The notes under the pieces: generated by a model
Told to the model about the DNA's origin: nothing
Seen by the model: only the letters and a program-made list of their open reading frames with translations
Database searches by the model: none
In this document: one piece after another, positions 61,083 to 64,000 of the stretch
Position numbering within the stretch: the first letter of the stretch is position 1
Layout of the letters: every line of letters starts with the position of its first letter
Program-made: the position numbers and the translations under genes
Assembly (NCBI GenBank): GCA_019057815.1
Contig: JAHLWR010000013.1
Span: forward strand, 32,001-96,000
Length of the DNA: 64,000 nucleotides
Direction of reading: 5' to 3'
Source: Candidatus Heimdallarchaeota archaeon
GTDB taxonomy: Archaea > Asgardarchaeota > Heimdallarchaeia > Heimdallarchaeales > Heimdallarchaeaceae

Positions 61083-63025
61083 ACCTGAACCTCCTCATTT
61101 TCTGAATGAAATTGCATGAAGAACTTTTTATCTGTATGAAAAGCTATACTTCCGGTTTCTCTTTCATCCTTATAAATTGTTAAAAATTGAACATCTTCAT
61201 ATTTCCCAATTCCCTCTACAAAACCATTTCTTTCGCTTGATATAATAAAAACGATTAGTTGTGCAAATAACTTAGGAATCAAATCAGACACTTCTCTCCT
61301 TACTTTCAAGTCCAAACTTCCTACTGGACTATCTACAATAAATGGCACTTTATGAGGACTATCTTCAAAAAGAGTAGAAAGAAAAGCATATGCAACTGCT
61401 AAACTTTGACCTTGGCTTACACCTTTTTTTCCATCAACATAAATACAACCTTCAATCTTTTCCAAAACTACATCTTTATTTCCCATCAATTGAGAGATTC
61501 TTGTGTTAGATTTAGATATCAAATCTTCTTTGATTTTATCAATAGAAGAAGAGATAATGTTATCCATCATTTTCTTAAATAAAGAAACTCCATTACTAAA
61601 ATTGACAGTATCTGATGCTTCATCCAATCTTTTTCTTTTCTCAATTAGTTTTTTTTGACATAGATTAATATTTTCGTATTCATTTAAGCTAAATTCTTCC
61701 TGAAATGCAGAGTTTTTTGTTTCAAGAGATTGTATGTATAGATTTAGATCTACTAAGTTGCTACTTAACCTGATTATTTCCTGTTTAATTTTCTCAGCTT
61801 TTTCTTGATCTTTCTCATCTAGTCGTAATTTAAGCAAGTCCTTAGCTTGAATTAATTGTTGTTTTTCATTTATATATGAATAAAGATTATCTCTTAAATT
61901 ACTCAATTCTTTATAATCATCCATATTCCTAATTGAACCTTTGATACAATTAGTTGTTGTGATATGATCCGCAGCTAGATATTGTTCAGCTTTCTCAAGG
62001 ATTTTCTTTTTTATTGAATCATTAAGAATTGGTCGACCACAAATACATTCATCTTCATCAGAAAGTTCTTTAAAAAACTCTGAAGAAACAGATCTTGGTA
62101 GCTTTAGTTTTGACATATTTTCTGAAAGATTTTTGAGTTTATCATTCATCTTCAACGAGAATTGAGATGGAGTTCTGAGAATATTTAGGATAATGTTTGT
62201 TCCATTTCTTATATCATTTTCCAAGCTTGAAATTTTAGTTGTAAATTCAATAAACTCAGCTTGAATGGTTTCATTCTCTGATAGCAATTCATCGTTTTTC
62301 TTTTCTAGGTCTTCTATTTCCTGAGAAGTAGATACACTTTCTTCCTTAAATTTCTTTAATTGTTTGTTCAAATCGACTAAAGTCTGCTTAAGTTTTTTTT
62401 CTTCTGTTTCTAATTTAGTTAATCCTTGTTGAGTATGAACTTTTGTATCTTTTGTTGATTTTCTTTTATTCTCTAATAGAGTATCAGCCTTAATCTTCAA
62501 TAATTCTAATCTATCAAGAAAATAAAGAAATTTAATTGAAGTTTCAGCTTCTGTTTTTTTATTATCTAAGATATTTTCTGAGAATTCCCCATCGAATACA
62601 AAGAGTCTTGTAAAATTCTTGGTCATTACGTTTCTAATATAAGGGGGTAAATCATAAGAAAATGATTTGCCTCCTCCCACTTCTTTGGGTCTGGATGTTT
62701 CATATTTCATAACGCCATTTCTATAATCAAAATGCATTCCAAGTGAATAAAGATCTCTATCAATTATAAGAAGCACACCAAAATAACCTTCATCGCACTT
62801 ATATCTTGTAGGTTGATAAGAAAGTACTATTTCTTTTTCCAGGATCTCTCCACACACAATGGATCTCAAAAGATTAATGGCAGTAGTTTTTCCTGTTCCA
62901 TTAGGCATTTGGATTAAAGAGATATGAAATGGAGTGTTCACATCCTTTTCTTTAAATAGTGGTATAGTTAATTCTCTGAAATCCCTAATATTCTTGAAAT
63001 CTAGTTTTAGAAGATTTATATTCAA
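61079..63025 (-). CDS. SbcC/Rad50/DndD-like coiled-coil ABC ATPase with CxC zinc hook
   Basis: PNGTGKTT Walker A, FVFDGE, long coiled coil with CICGRP, SQGQ signature, PFIVDSP.G.LD. Confidence 0.88.
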   Translation of the reverse strand: MNINLLKLDFKNIRDFRELTIPLFKEKDVNTPFHISLIQMPNGTGKTTAINLLRSIVCGEILEKEIVLSYQPTRYKCDEGYFGVLLIIDRDLYSLGMHFDYRNGVMKYETSRPKEVGGGKSFSYDLPPYIRNVMTKNFTRLFVFDGEFSENILDNKKTEAETSIKFLYFLDRLELLKIKADTLLENKRKSTKDTKVHTQQGLTKLETEEKKLKQTLVDLNKQLKKFKEESVSTSQEIEDLEKKNDELLSENETIQAEFIEFTTKISSLENDIRNGTNIILNILRTPSQFSLKMNDKLKNLSENMSKLKLPRSVSSEFFKELSDEDECICGRPILNDSIKKKILEKAEQYLAADHITTTNCIKGSIRNMDDYKELSNLRDNLYSYINEKQQLIQAKDLLKLRLDEKDQEKAEKIKQEIIRLSSNLVDLNLYIQSLETKNSAFQEEFSLNEYENINLCQKKLIEKRKRLDEASDTVNFSNGVSLFKKMMDNIISSSIDKIKEDLISKSNTRISQLMGNKDVVLEKIEGCIYVDGKKGVSQGQSLAVAYAFLSTLFEDSPHKVPFIVDSPVGSLDLKVRREVSDLIPKLFAQLIVFIISSERNGFVEGIGKYEDVQFLTIYKDERETGSIAFHTDKKFFMQFHSENEEVQV

Positions 63026-63036
63026 TCATAATCTCC

Positions 63037-63213
63037 TCAGGTTGCATATAACTTTAATGATTTGATTAACTGCTCTATTTCTAAAATATCGTCATTATTA
63101 TTGAAGATGTTTATGATTAAATTCTTTAACATATCAAAAACATCTTCTGATTGCTTTTGAACACTTATTTCGTTCCTAATTGCTTCTTCTATTCGCGGGT
63201 TTAATTTAATCAT
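63037..63213 (-). CDS. 58-aa small helical protein between helicase and ATPase (missed by ORF track)
   Basis: Manual translation MIKLNPRIEEAIRNEISVQKQSEDVFDMLKNLI...KLYAT*; ATGA overlap with the helicase stop; fills the gap. Confidence 0.65.
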   Translation of the reverse strand: MIKLNPRIEEAIRNEISVQKQSEDVFDMLKNLIINIFNNNDDILEIEQLIKSLKLYAT

Positions 63214-64000
63214 GCTTTCTTTCTCCTAACTAGACTCAATTCTTGTAACCATTTAAATCTTTTTAAATCTGAAGCTTCATATTCCTTATCTGGTTTTTTT
63301 AAATCGTCTTGACAAACTAAATCAACTATATGAGCCCTTTTATTTGGATTATCAGGATCTTTTCTTAAACTTCGACCTACTCGTTGTATGATTTCTCCAT
63401 CAGATCTTGAACTGCTAAAAAGTACAATATTCTCAATAGAACGAATATCTATACCCTCAGCTATTTTACGACAAGTTATCAAACAGTCAATTTGTTTTTT
63501 TCTAAATAGATCAAGATTTTCTTCTTGATCTTCAGAATAATAAGTTCTAAAATTGTCATCATGTGGCAACACAATTTTCTGAACGTCTAAACCATAGTCT
63601 TTTGTTTGAACAAAGATTATACACTTTTTAAGGATCTGAGAATTTTTTTCAAGAAACTCCTTAAAAATGGGAAGTTTGTTCATAGATAATTTCTTAGTAT
63701 TAGCGATTCTCCTGTATAATTCAGTATCAGACATTGGATTTTCTGTTTTTTTTCTTGCGTGGAAATTTGTTATAGAATTTCGAATTCCATCTTTATCCTG
63801 CTGGCTTAAATTATAAAATAATGGATAATATTCTAATTCACTTAATATCCCATCTCTAATTGCGTTTTCCATATCATAATGAAAAATCTCTGAACCTATT
63901 TCATCAAATATAAATTCATTCCCTTCAATATCGTATGGACGAATAGGAGTTGCACTTAATCCCAGCTTGTAAGAAAACTGCTTTATCTTACCTTTTAATG
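63210..64000 (-). CDS. SF2 helicase (ResIII/XPB-like), C-terminal part; 5' end outside the window
   Basis: Frame is open to the window edge with LGLSATP (motif III), then CIIFV, EGIDI and IQRVGRSLR. Confidence 0.88.
   Translation of the reverse strand, partial: LKGKIKQFSYKLGLSATPIRPYDIEGNEFIFDEIGSEIFHYDMENAIRDGILSELEYYPLFYNLSQQDKDGIRNSITNFHARKKTENPMSDTELYRRIANTKKLSMNKLPIFKEFLEKNSQILKKCIIFVQTKDYGLDVQKIVLPHDDNFRTYYSEDQEENLDLFRKKQIDCLITCRKIAEGIDIRSIENIVLFSSSRSDGEIIQRVGRSLRKDPDNPNKRAHIVDLVCQDDLKKPDKEYEASDLKRFKWLQELSLVRRKKA

Overview
Low-GC archaeal chromosome segment whose gene content (one Arf-like and two Rab-like small GTPases, Rpo6, eL42/L44e, Ard1-type acetyltransferase, Lhr, MEMO1-like protein, archaeal PPAT, BHB-intron tRNA) points to an Asgard archaeon, probably Heimdallarchaeia (inference). 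1-17.2 kb is housekeeping. It includes an intron-containing tRNA-His and, at 15710-15830 (-), a 5S rRNA gene whose halves are in circularly permuted order. The halves are joined by a UACG tetraloop and flanked by a bulge-helix-bulge-like junction whose predicted splicing would restore the canonical sequence as a 121-nt circle. This is the most striking observation in the window. 17.4-49.3 kb is a five-gene minus-strand cluster (MinD/ParA ATPase, hypothetical, S8 protease, 3224-aa and 6010-aa giant membrane proteins) resembling the 'Aloposon' giant-gene elements, with no visible integrase or att site. 49.7-53.2 kb holds two paralogous ~400-aa wHTH/Lrp-like proteins bracketing a small secreted protein and a ~317-nt three-module structured RNA-like array. 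The remainder is accessory: a GcvH-like protein lacking the canonical lipoyl Lys, a TPR-like protein, a beta-helix surface protein with a PEF-CTERM-like tail, small membrane ORFs, and the distal part of a CxC-ATPase/DndD-like SF2-helicase conflict system. All calls come from reading the sequence by eye; no searches were run.
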